This document shows, piece by piece, positions 14,630-27,500 of a stretch of 64,000 nucleotides of DNA. The stretch's first letter is position 1; every line of letters starts with the position of its first letter. The notes under the pieces were generated by a model. The model was given only the letters and a program-made list of their open reading frames with translations. It was not told the DNA's origin and ran no database searches. This DNA comes from Trichoplax adhaerens (lineage: Eukaryota; Animalia; Placozoa): assembly GCF_000150275.1 (NCBI RefSeq), contig NW_002060948.1:1077983-1141982 (forward strand). Direction: 5' to 3'. A program made the position numbers and the translations under genes.

Positions 14630-14748
14630 AGTGTGATGTACGGTACTGTACACTGTAGGGTACAGTACAGTACAGTAAGATGATACTGTACTGTACTGTA
14701 CTATACTGTACACTGTACGATCTACACTACTGTACAGTACTGTAGATC
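14630..14748. repeat. TACAG/TACTG word array on the DZANK1 side of the divergent DZANK1-presenilin intergenic region
   Basis: GTACAGTACAGTACAGTA-agatga-TACTGTACTGTACTGTAC forms a perfect 18-bp inverted repeat (14660-14701). It is flanked by further TACTGTA, TACACTGTA and TACGGTA words. Confidence 0.85.
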
Positions 14749-15199
14749 ATTCATAAATGGGGATATAACGGTCAGTGATACTTTCATCATTTATGGACTT
14801 AAGAGCAAGTTTAACTTTCTAACTTTACCAGATTCAGATATTTCAGAATCTCTCCATCAACCTCATATATCATTCTATTATAGCTTTACTGTATTTTTAA
14901 AGAAAAATATGGGCCGAAAGTGACAAAATGTTATGAAACAGCCTGTAGATCGACAGTATTAGACTTTTCGTATGGTTTCTTTAGTAAAACTGATGGCTTA
15001 CGCCTAGACCGCTTTCAAATACTGCTTACGGTAACAAGCGATCCTATTGTATGCAGTACTCCTACTAACTATACACCAAATTGAGAACATTTCAATATTT
15101 CCTGTACTTTCTGAGCTAATTCTATACTAATTTGAACATGGAATTTGTAGACCATTTCGAAATAACTGAGAATATTATGCAGCATTTTCATTTTTACAG

Positions 15200-15440
15200 T
15201 CATTTACAGTGAATTTCACTGTACTCTAATGTACTGTACACTGTGTACAGTCGAGTACAGTACAGTACTATATACTGTGGTCCACAATCTCACGTACTGT
15301 GTTTACAGTACTATACACTGTACGGTACTGTACACTGTACGGTACTGTACACTGTACAGTGTACAGTGTGTACGACAGGGTCGTATCGTACGACGGACAT
15401 TTCGCAATTTTTGACCAACTACGTCATACAGTACAATACT
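15200..15440. repeat. TACAG/TACTG word array upstream of presenilin
   Basis: Dense TACTGTA/TACAGTA words, a tandem 17-nt unit TACACTGTACGGTACTG x2, the palindrome TACACTGTACAGTGTA, and TACGTCA at 15420-15426. Confidence 0.85.
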
Positions 15441-15700
15441 TCTATATAGGCCTATCCGAGCTACTAGGGGATTCAGGTAGTAACTGCTATGTTCATGGTA
15501 CTGTAACTGGATATCATTGACGAGTTAAATTACTGTATAAAACATAGCATCAAGTTCCATACAAACCCGCTATAGGTCCTCAATTTGTCGTTGACCGACT
15601 ACTACAACTGTTGAATAACTTCGTCATCGCTTTGACGTCCAATTTACTGCCAATTAAGTTGATTGCATTCCCTATCCTTGGCCATATCGCCTTTTGTTTT

Positions 15701-18700
15701 ATGGAAACTAACCAGGAACCAAGAGAAACAACAAGTTTAATGGCGTCTAGGATGGATACAAGCCGTCGTTCAACTTATACCGATTCAGAAAGCGTAAGCT
15801 ATAAAGTAGATGGATATTTTCGAATCGATAGGGTCAGAGTGGATTGATCTTTTCTGTTTGCAAGTCCACAACTAAAATGATGTGGTAAAATAGCCAATGA
15901 TGAACTGATTCAATGGTTGTGTCAAGCAAGACTTTATGCAACTTATCTAGGCTTACGTGGAACTGAGTCAAGTTTTTATCCTTCCTTTTGATATCGTTTC
16001 TCCTACGTTAAGGAATATGAATTGATTTTTCCAACCTTGTTTATATACTGTACAGTACAGTCATGGACTAGTGTGATTGGATACTGTATAGTATCTGCAG
16101 TACTACTCCATGATACAGTATACCAGTAGAGATGATGCACTTCTAATCTACTTCACTGTATGAAATGATCCTCTAGGAGAGTAAAAGAGGCTCAATTTTG
16201 ATGCGCTTTCGTATCATTCTAATATTTTGCACTTAGTAAACGAGTAGAGTCTTCAAAATTTCAAACAGAAGTAGCCATAGTGCTTCCATCTTGAACTAGA
16301 TGCTGATGCCCGTACATTTCCTTAACTGTAATATTGTGTCACGGCATAATAGGTAAAGTTCAACAAAGTTGTTCAAGTCAATAAATCAATTTTGACGCGC
16401 TATTGCTGCCTATGATAATAGTTTAGATTCGATAGACGGGTATTATCTTATAATTTTAAAAAGAAATAGTGTATAGCGCTTCGATTTCTAGTTGTAAAAT
16501 CATAGAAATTCATGAGCTATAGCAATAATGAGACAGTACTGTATAGAAACGGTAATGACATCATTTTATACACTCGTAAATACACGGGTATAGTCTTACA
16601 ACAGAAATAGTACGATATCGCTTCTATTTTTAGCTTTTAGACGGTTAAAATTTGGGCTGTAAATACAAGCAAGATACGATTCCATTGGCATTAAATAGTA
16701 CTATAGTAGATTGATCAAGTTCAGCAATTTTATGATGTTTCAATGCGGTAATGTCTTTTTAATTTACTCTCAAGGATGACGATGAGGCAAGGAACCGTAA
16801 TTACAATCGAATGCCAACTGCTAGAAGAGATGAACAACAAGAAAATTCAAGTAGTCAGCAAGACGAAGATGATAGCCAATTAGTATTGAAATATGGTGCT
16901 GAACATGCTTTACAAATAATTAAACCTGTCACGATTTGCTTGATNNNNNNNNNNNNNNNNNNNNNNNNNNNNNNNNNNNNNNNNNNNNNNNNNNNNNNNN
17001 NNNNNNNNNNNNNNNNNNNNNNNNNNNNNNNNNNNNNNNNNNNNNNNNNNNNNNNNNNNNNNNNNNNNNNNNNNNNNNNNNNNNNNNNNNNNNNNNNNNN
17101 NNNNNNNNNNNNNNNNNNNNNNNNNNNNNNNNNNNNNNNNNNNNNNNNNNNNNNNNNNNNNNNNNNNNNNNNNNNNNNNNNNNNTAGCCTATTCATTCTA
17201 TCAATAAAGCTGTGTTAAATCTCAGTCATGTACAAAACTATAAAGACAAATTATATCATAGTTTTAGACACTCTATAAATGCTACTATTATCATCCCTAC
17301 TCACTAGGATTTACACTCCATTTCATGAAGAAGGAAATATTAGCGATGGACAAAAAGTTGGCGAAGCGCTGTTAAATGTTTTAATCTTGTTAGGAGTAAT
17401 TATAGCCATGACTGTCTTGGTCGTTTTGTTGTACAAGTATCGCTGTTACAAGGTAAGTATACGCCAAGTAAAATATTGTTACATTAGATTAATTTTAATA
17501 TATATTAGATTATATCCTTGACGGCAGAATACGCCAATCTACTGTGTATACCTCAACTTATTGCTACATTTGTTAGAAATCCAAATGTAGCTTATTTTAA
17601 GTATACCACTAGGATGTCTTCGTATTTTGTATGACGATCCTGTAAAGATGTCTGTGCTTCTACAAGTATATCATCTACAGTAGTGGGTAGATGTAGTAGC
17701 ATGGATGACAAAATTATCTTGATTAATCTATGTTACTAGTCATGTGTAGCCGTCCGCTAGTAACATGACTAAATTTTGTAAGATAGTCCTATGTATTTTC
17801 CTGCAATGATTTGAGTAATGTCTATTTTTCTCTCTAGATCATCCACGGTTGGCTACTCATCACTTCAGTTTTACTTCTCTTCTTTTTCAATTTCATCTTC
17901 TTCTTGTGAGTATACGTTAGCTGTAAGAAGATAATGTAAATATAAAATTATACAGTACACTTCTCATTAAAAATAATCGAAATTACTTTTCTTGTGGCAG
18001 GAATATCTTAGAGGTATATAATGTATCTCTGGATTGGATTTCAGCAGGGCTTGTTATGTGGAATTTTGGCCTAATTGGATTATTAGCTGTCCATTGGAAG
18101 GGTCCATTGATGCTTCAGCAAATATACTTAATCATTATTTCTGCATTACTGGTAAGAATATCAATGATCATGTGAACAGGATCTGATCCATTTCCATTTA
18201 ATTTCTTAAATCTGAGCGTCTCTCACCTCCTATTATTTATTTTCGATAAGGCATTAACATTCATCAAATATTTACCTGACTGGACAACATGGTTTGTACT
18301 TGGTGCTATTTCTTTATGGGGTAAGTAATAGTTTTGACATTGATAGATTATAATATCCATAACGATGCATTTTTTTCGTTCGTAGATCTTGTTGCCGTCT
18401 TATGTCCTTTTGGGCCATTAAGAATTTTAGTAGAAACAGCTCAAGAAAGAAATGAGCCAATCTTTCCCTCCTTAATTTACTCTTGTTAGTCTTATAGTAA
18501 TAATTGTATCATTGTGAGATTTTAGTTGAAATAATTTCCATTTTACCGCTTATGTACCAGCTACGGTCGCATGGATCGTTAACATGGCTACCGAAGATGA
18601 AACAGAAACAAATGATTCTCAAAATAATCAAAGCAATTCAAACACATCTCGAGGTAAATATAAATCAGCTTAGTATCATTTTATAATCTGAAGATTATTT

Positions 18701-19405
18701 TTAAATGGATTGCGTAAAAAAGAATTAATCCATTGCGTTTTTGATTTTTCAACGGCTTAAATATTGTAAAGGCAATAGAAATAGAAGAAATATTCAAATT
18801 GCAGCTCCCGAAGCTGAGCCAGAAAATGCCGATGATGTCGACATAGAATTTTCAACATCTCAACCCAATCGACATTCTGAAAATAGATTAAGGGGTATCA
18901 ATGACGATGATAGTGAGGAAAGAGAAGCGACTGAAGATGAAGAAGATGATCAAAGTAGGTCTTTATTTTGAATGAGTAGGGATGAAATCCAAACAAAAAA
19001 TTATTACCACCTTATCTGAGTTTAATTCACTTTCATTTAGGTGGCGTTAAGCTTGGATTAGGCGACTTTATCTTTTATAGCATATTAGTCGGTAAAGCTG
19101 CTTCTAATAGGGATTGGAATACGACAATTGCTTGTTTTGTAGCAATCTTGATTGTATGTACAAATCAATTGATAAAACTTGAGTATTGCAAACTATTTTT
19201 CAGCTGGAAATCTAGTCCGTAATCTCTCTACGGTTTTATTATTCAATAGGGCCTTTGTATGACATTACTATTGTTGGCAATATTCAAGAGAGCCTTACCA
19301 GCCCTTCCAATATCAATAGCTTTCGGACTTATTTTCAATTTTGCAACTAGCGGGCTTATAGCTCCGTTTTCAGATAGTCTACAATCAAATCAAGTTTATA
19401 TTTGA
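15701..19405 (+). CDS. PSEN: Presenilin (gamma-secretase catalytic subunit), multi-exon; part of TM1 falls in the N gap
   Basis: [32 protein letters not shown]|IIHGWL, WNFGLIG..VHWKGPL and KYLPDWTTW. First catalytic Asp in [37 protein letters not shown]; second in [19 protein letters not shown]. Ends [10 protein letters not shown] ... QVYI* (TGA 19403-19405). Exon 1 is 15701-15793. Confidence 0.97.
16945..17183. other. Assembly gap (run of N) inside presenilin
   Basis: Continuous N run. ORF-track entries spanning it are artefacts. Confidence 1.
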
Positions 19406-20602
19406 GTCAATATAAACACTATCATCAAGCTCCATTTCATAATGAAGCCCCTTTAACATTCTGCTGTAAAAAGTTTATATACGACATGCATACTAAGTTT
19501 TCAAATGTTGAGTACGATGTGGTTATGCGAACAGAAAAGCTGCTGCTAAGATTTTCATAATTGGATTGCAGCCGCGTATACGAGATATACTCAGTGCCAT
19601 TTAAGAAATCTGGAGTGTACAGTAATCAGTAATACCGTAATTGTTGGCACCCTAACTACAAGGCAAATAGAAGTTACTATATTTATAGATTGCTCATCGG
19701 TAATAGGTCGTCGTATTGCTTGAGTGAAGCTTGGTAATTTAGGTTTGTTTACAGCACTTTGTCAATATAAAATAACAAATATTGATTTCTGTCCATGTAG
19801 TGTACATTTACTTTGGGCTATGATTTTTTTAAATTGTAATAAGCGACAAGGACTTTATGTAAGTAGCCAAGATATGTACAGTTATTGTATACTGTATAAT
19901 TGCTTCCTATATTGAATAATTAATTAATTGATATCAAACAGAATTCATCCAATGTTGGATTTTATAATGTAATAATACCGAGATGATCTACACAGTTACA
20001 AATTTAAATTTCGTAAATTTTATTTCATGTAATGAGTGCTAAAATCTTGACTATATCGGATAGTGTTCGTTGTAAAAGAAATCTTTGCCAAATATGCGAA
20101 AATAAATATTGTTATTTCAGTTTTACTGTATCTGATATTTTACATGTGCTAAGCACATATTGGTGGATATGAAAATTCTTAACTTCATAAAGGTGCTGTA
20201 TATTTAAGCATGCCTTTACATAACATAACATCATATTTCGAATACTCCATTACGGTATTCCTTATCCAACGCGATCAAGAAAGGCCATCCATTAGAATTT
20301 TTTAACAAATTTCCGTGAAGTAATTTACCATAAAAAATTTTATCATAGACATTAACAAAATATATATTATCCGCGATATTGCCTCAATGTTAGCACCATA
20401 TTAACAGTTCAACCCAGAATATGATCATATATTATAAAAGGGCAAGCTGATTAATATCAATCGAGTACAAGTGTATTGTATGATCGCTTGTAAATATAGA
20501 TATTGTTCGATTACGAAATAATTTCTTCACCAATACTTTACAGTCTGCGCTATAGCAGAATAAATTTTCTATAGCTCTGAATATTTCAAAAGTAGCAATA
20601 AA

Positions 20603-23533
20603 TTAGGATTCAAGCCATTCCTTCATATAAATACACGTAGCAGGAGAAATTGCTCCATTTTCATAACACTGGTCTATAACCTGTTGTGCCGTAATCAAAT
20701 ATTTAATCGTGGTGAGCAACTTGAATTTTTAAAATAAGCTACAGCAATACTGTATTTATTAATTAAAATAGAACATACTGGGCAAATACCACAAGGCGTC
20801 TTTTCTAGACCACTTGCGTCAATTATAGGTTTAACAGCACGATAAAGCTTGAATTCTTGGCCATCAGGGTCACTTTCTATTTTCATCTCAGCTTTACCAT
20901 CATAAATTAAGGTGTTTAATATGGTTTCGATATCTGTAACTGTGAGAGTGACCTAAAAAAATCAATGATAAAAAAATTAACGGTTTATACATTTATCAAC
21001 TTTACAATACGCAATACATTCATTTCATAATATGCAATTATACTGTGACCTACTTTGCTTATTTTTAGATTCGTTATAATTTTCCAAACTTCTTCTGATG
21101 AGGCGAAAGAATTATTAAGACTAATTCGAGGTCTTGCTAATTTCAATTTAGAATTGCTAGCCTAAGGATAGGTATCATTAGCTTTAACGATTGCTAGGTT
21201 TACTTATTACTGATTTACACATAGGTTTAGTGACTCTTCTACCTTTTGTACTAAACATCTGTAACATTGCTGATTTAGTACTTCCACAAATTCAGATTCA
21301 AAGTCTTGATCGCTATACCAAGCCCCACCCGTTACTGAAATATCGGGGTCAAGATTGAATAACATATATAATTTCTTCTTAGAAGCCTAAAATGCAAGTT
21401 ATGGGAATGATATCAAGGATATTCATTACATTATGAAATAAAATTTACTGCAAAATGCGGATCGCCATTTTCAAATAAAATCCTACGCAGTTTAAATTTA
21501 CTTAGATAAAGATCATGAAATAACGATTTTTTAAACTCTATGCTAAACTTACCGTAACTGATTTGACCGCTTTAATTAATTTCTTGCTTTCCAAATTTCT
21601 TAGGATTTTATTTAGCTGTGTCATTTGCAAGTTGCATTTTAATCTAATATCCCGGCTCCATATTCCTAGCAGTACCACACAGAGACAGCTGGAATGAGTA
21701 ACTTGGAATATGATTAACTTCATTCTATCACATACCAATTTAGAATTATTATTTTCGGGTCATTTTAATCTACAGTGGGTAACGGTTGAGTATTTAGAAC
21801 TCTCCAAAAAGTATAAACAACGTTTGTTTTATTCAGTTATTCGCTCCTTAAATACGTTCGATATCCAAAATTTTAAACAATATTGTTAAATACTAAATAT
21901 ATAATGTACTTTACTAACTAACGCCATGACCGATAGTGATGGCAGTGGATTGAACTAAACAGTGGTTAGCGAAAAATATTTATCCTTACTCTCAGTCAGT
22001 TTTACTGGATAACACAATGAAATGGCATTGGATTCCACTACGTCAACACCTAACTTAGTTAATGCACATGAGTATCGGAAAATGAAATTCTTTATAACGT
22101 TTGACAAATAAAACTACGTATGCCATTTTCCGGCTTTGAAGTTTTTACAGAAAATAAATTTCTTTACGTTTTCCATCATCATTATGATGTAATATTTTTG
22201 TAAGTACGAATTGAATCCAACGTAGATCTCCTCCTCATTTATAGTGTGATATGTTGATAAAATATATTTTATTTTAAATCCGAAGATATGTGCAAGAGAA
22301 TAGTCCAAAAGCAATTTTAATATCTACATCAGCTTCTTAAAAGTTATTACTACCATTTATTTACAGTACATGGATTTCAGCTATACGCGTACATGCGTTG
22401 TAAGTCCGTATAATCCCAGAATAACAGCAACCAAGCCCTACACTCACCTTTATTGCCAGCATCTCCAATAACTTGGTATACTAATTTCTCCTGTGTATTT
22501 TCACATATTGCATTTTTGCTATCCAAGATTTATAAAGACATGATCGATTCATAGTTAAAGAAATATTTAACATGGTATAATGTTCTATTGAGAATGCCTA
22601 TCATTGACCGGACATACCTTACAAGATCCGGATCTTTAAGTTTATAGATTAGCTGAGAATCAGATTTAAACAAATCCAAGTTGCCCTGACATATGAATAG
22701 GTAGGAAAATGTTAATATATCATCAAAATTACCGTGCAAAAGGTAGAAATCCTGATCCAGTTTAGAGAAAGTATAAAGATTAGTGAGCTGTGATACGCAT
22801 GGAATATCGCCTGATGCCACAGTCTAATATAGGACGCATCAAAATAACTGTTATTGTATCTATTTTGTAACATTTCTCTTATGTATATGAAAGATTACTG
22901 GAAAAGTCTTTACAACAAGTTTGAAGACATGCACATTTTTGCTCGATGGCAGAAAGCATTCCCTGGTAACACAGTACTTAAGCGTGCGGGCTATGAATGG
23001 GAAGGAAGGTATTCACGACTAGTCCTAGCATGCCAGCACAGCGAGTCTGTGTCTGAGCAATATCGTATCCTCTAGTCAGCCTAAAAGTACCAATTTCTAG
23101 CATCCATATTGTCTCGCTATTGCTCCAATTCATTCATCCCTTGTACAGGATGCCGTTGGTAAAGGAGCTGTAATGTAAACTACGTGCAGCAGGAATAATG
23201 CAATGCAAATGAATACAGAGTACACAACAATCGGTAGTGGTAAGTCTATTCTGTATGGAAAGAAATGGTAATAACTCTCAAAGCTCAAGCTATTGATTAA
23301 CATCTTTACTTCATTTCATATTATCGCTGATTGAATATAGCAATATAAGCCGATTATAATTCACTTACAGCTGATAGCAATCGATTTAATGCTGAAACTC
23401 TTTGTTCAACATTGACATTGGGCATTTCATCTTGCAGAATGCTATCCGTCAGTCCTTTAGGATGGCTTTGGCATAACGTAAGAATCTTTTTTTCTAAATC
23501 GACTAAGCTAAAATCACTATCAATGTTGTTCAT
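20603..23533 (-). CDS. POLR3F: RNA polymerase III subunit RPC6 (RPC34/RPC39), 8 coding exons
   Basis: QEKLVYQVIGDAGNKGIWSRDIR, LNKILRNLESKKLIKAVKSV, KKKIYMLFNLDPDISVTGGAWYSDQDFESEFVEVLNQQC and DIETILNTLIYDGKAE. C-terminal Fe-S motif PCGICPVIDQC...ISPATCIYMKEWLES*. Confidence 0.96.
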
Positions 23534-23759
23534 TTTCGATAGTGTACACCCTTAAGATGACAGTGGACCACTCAGTGTTATCTTCAATTCCTTTTCTCTC
23601 CTTGATTTTATCCTTTAAAATGCGATCGTCGACATGGAAATTTTTTCCTACACCGTTGTGTGTTCCATCGGCACGTTTCCTGACAACGGGCCCAAATGGT
23701 TTATTATAGGTATATTATAGTTATATTATATGGTTTATTATAGGTATATTATGGTACGC

Positions 23760-23900
23760 CAGAGCTGTACCAATTGGGGGTGTACAGTACAGTACAGCAC
23801 ACGAGTGTTACAGACCCTACAGTGTACAGTATACAGTATTACTGGACTGTGTACGGTATCTACAGTACTACAGTACTGTATTCACTCACTACGTCATGAC
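23760..23900. repeat. TACAG/TACTG word array upstream of POLR3F
   Basis: TGTACAGTACAGTACAG, TACAGTGTACAGTATACAGTA, TACGGTA and TACAGTACTACAGTACTGTA, with TACGTCA at 23890-23896. Confidence 0.85.
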
Positions 23901-24587
23901 ATGACACGGCTGCGTATTTCAGCAGCCGTGTCCCGTACAGAATCGCATACCGTCTGGACTGTAATGTGGACAATACTTAGCGATGGAATGATGGCAGAGA
24001 CTTATCAATCGGGTGGGAGAATGGGACGCGCCCCCACTTGGCCGCACTTATTAAACTTATCATTTGTATATATATATATAAAAATACTTATAATCTCGTA
24101 CCAAAATTTTACCCACAAGGAAATTACGATATAAAATATTGACATATGTTGTGTATACTGAAAAGTGAAGACTGATTTATTTAAGGATATGAAATTTTTG
24201 CGATAGATCTATCAATTATAATTAATAATAGATTAGATTATTTAATGATAATAAGAATCTAAACATGTTAGTGATATACTGTACACGTGGATTATATCGT
24301 TAATTCGTATTGACTACGAAGTTAAAAAATGAGATTATTCTAAGGGCAGAATAGTATACAGTCGTAGCTTAGAAGTATCTTATTTTAAAACTATTTTTTT
24401 TCTCTTTCTGTTACCTTTAAAATACAGTTGCATCGAATAATACTATATCAGGCGATCAGACGTATCTGATAAATAATTGGCTTACAAGAAGACATTCTAA
24501 TTGACATCATCAACAAATATACAATATCATTGTTTGGAGCCCTGATTACGTAGGTTTTTGTGGCTATAAAAGTGACAGATATGAACG

Positions 24588-27500
24588 CTATGATGACACT
24601 CCATATTCACTATTCCAACTTTCAAATTGGGCAATGGAACCAGGAGGTACACTTTTGCGAATTCTTTTTAGGGAATCCATGAAATCTTTTAACACAATAT
24701 TTCGCATCTAACCAGCATAATATCACAATAATTAATTTATAGTGAACAAAATTGAACGCAATCTATTAGGACAAGCGGAACCAACCTGATTAACAGCGAC
24801 TGATTGCACTTGGGTAGGACTTAATTCTGATACAAAAAGTGATTACATATAAGCAGTTTATAAGAAAAAGAATTTTGACTACGCTTATCGAAGATTTCAA
24901 ATAGGAAAATGAACGACATCAACCCCTTTACCTCTTATTGGTCCTAAAGCGGCATCCCTAGCCAACGCCGTTAAGTCGCTACATGAGTAACCTTCGGTAA
25001 GTCTGTTAATACAATAAATCGCCGTATTATATGAAATTAATCACAAATGGAGCATTCCAGATATTGTAAAAAATTGCTACCTTGCAAGCTGACCAATATC
25101 TCGCTTGTTAAGCGGACAAGAATGTTTAGCAAGCAATTTCTCAAAGAGTTGCTTTCTCGTCTACAAACGATACAGTTATTAAAATATTAATGGCAGTCAT
25201 AGTTGCTATTACGTTAGCCATGCAATGTAATAGTTTAAAATAAAGAATTACCTCAAAACTGGGTAGCGGAACGTAGACTCTTTTTACTAAACGCCTTTAC
25301 ATAGGAAATAAAATAGTAGTAAATACATAGATCTTTCGGTATATCTTAACTCATTTGTACTCAACCGAAGAGCAGCGTCATCAAGTTCTTGTGGTCTATT
25401 CGTAGCACCCATCACTAAGATACGTTCTTCGCTAGACGCCATTACCTAATAAGATATTTTCATTAATGGTATAATTTCTATTAGAAACGGCTTATTATAC
25501 TGATAATAAAAGCGTGGTAAATTATACAAATTCAGATCTTACCCCATCGAAGGCAATTAAAAATTCCGTTTTAAGTCTCCGACTAGACTCATTTTCTCCA
25601 TCTTTTCTTTCGCAAAGTAATGAATCTACTTCGTCTATTTTAATTTATAGGTTTATAATCGAAATGAATAAATTCTATGCTAGATAATTTAAAAAAATAA
25701 TATTGATCCACGATAGTTATGCATGTATACCAATGAAAATAATTGCAGGCTGTAATTCACGAGCGACAGAAAAGAGTGCGCGAACTAATTTTTCACTTTC
25801 TCCAACCTATTCGTATTAAAATTAATCATTTTCATACGTTGAGCTAGATTGAACAGTAGTTAAATTGTAATGATTAAGAAAAAGCCAGGCAATAAAAGCA
25901 TACATATTTTGATGTTAACGATGATGCACTTATATTGAAAAATTTAGCTTTAGCTTCGCTTGCTACTGCTTTCGCCTATCGATAAATCATATAATCGTTG
26001 TTATCTATCAATGGTACAGCCTACAACGTAGGATATGAAAGGCAAATTTATATTTTACTCAGTATTAACATACCAGCATAGTTTTACCATTCCCTGGTGG
26101 TCCAAAAAGCAAGAGGCCGCGGGCTGGTGCTCGTAAGCCAGTAAAGAGCTAAATTGAAATATTGAATTTAATTACGTCATAACCTAATCCAGTGTAATAG
26201 ATACAGCACGATTCATCAAACCTCTGGTCTCAATGAGGGAAGGATAACGATTTCGTTAAGTGCTTGTTTTGCGAGCTCCAAACCAGCTGAAATAAAATGT
26301 TGATAAATCTGCTTCAAAAGCTGTCGTATTTAGCATACAATACTTAAAAATCTCAATTACTAAAATCTTTACAAAGGCATAGGTTAATTACCTATATCAT
26401 TAAAATTGACGCCAGGTTTGCTTAATTTAGATCAAATATAAGTTTGAATTAATTGGATTAGGTACAAATTTAAGAACAATAGCACTTGTTATTAGTTCTA
26501 CAGACTATTCTAAAACAAAATACGTATGAACCAACGTAGGAAGATTTGCTTACTCGTCTACAATTTCGTTTAATATCTTTTGAGCTATAGCAGAATCAAC
26601 ATTTTTTAAATTGGCGATTATATTCTTGGATTGGCTATTAGCAGCAGAACTAGGAGCAACGTCACGACTGGCAGTACTTTTGATGGTACTAGGCGGTTTA
26701 CTGGGTGCTTTGCTTGCAGCAGATCTGGTTTTACTAACTGCCGCAGACGATGTTGCCGATGTACGGTTTATTGGGCGAGACTGTGTTAACTAAATAACAA
26801 TATATACGCGTATCGATTAATTAATGAAATTCATATTTGAAAGAAAGGGTAAAGGTGTACATCGAAAATGATAGACTATATCGTCATGGACCTTTGCAGC
26901 GGGCATATTGCGTTTTGATGGCTTCAGATTTTTATAAGAATTGACAGGTAAACCAGTTGATTTTTCGGCAGGCGTCGTTGCATCAACTGAGCCGTTGTCA
27001 TTACTCATATTACTCATTAACCTAGATAATAATCCTTTTTTGCCATTCTCTTTCGTAACAGTAGGGCTGTCAATTTTAGGTGGAGTTGTATACGAATTGT
27101 ACATTGACTTTTCTACAATACGTTGTGATAGAATTAACAATGACGATGCTTAGATAACCAAAATTTAGTGTAGTGATATATTTGTGAAAGATTACGCATC
27201 ATTACTTGTTGCCTAATTATGAAGAATATGCTACACTATGACCAACCTAATTCTTCTAAGCGTTCCTGTGCGTTAGCTAAATTTTCAATCATTTTATCAC
27301 GAATTTTTGAAGCCTTTAGCCACTCCTCATTAGTAGAAGCATCTAGAGTTATTAAAACATATAGGTAAACAGTACCAATCTTTCAGTAGTGTATCCAACA
27401 AAGAGTCCTAAACAGTGATATTATTGAAAACTTACCGGATGCAATATAATCAATTGAAGCACCTAATTGTAGTTCTAAAATGCCATCACGGTATAACTGT

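Noticed and set aside
14630-15440. Repeat arrays as CRISPR-like loci
   Set aside because: Eukaryotic context, no constant repeat with unique equal-length spacers, and no cas genes.
15229-15520. Cys/Tyr/Thr/Val-rich ORFs here and at 23730-24134 and 28842-29090
   Set aside because: They are translations of the TACAG/TACTG arrays, not plausible proteins.
16811-17218. Long ORFs containing X runs
   Set aside because: Artefacts of the N gap; only the presenilin exon portion before the gap is real.
18300-18400. Presenilin WD instead of YD at the first catalytic aspartate
   Set aside because: The WD variant is common in invertebrate presenilins, and both aspartates and the PAL motif are intact.
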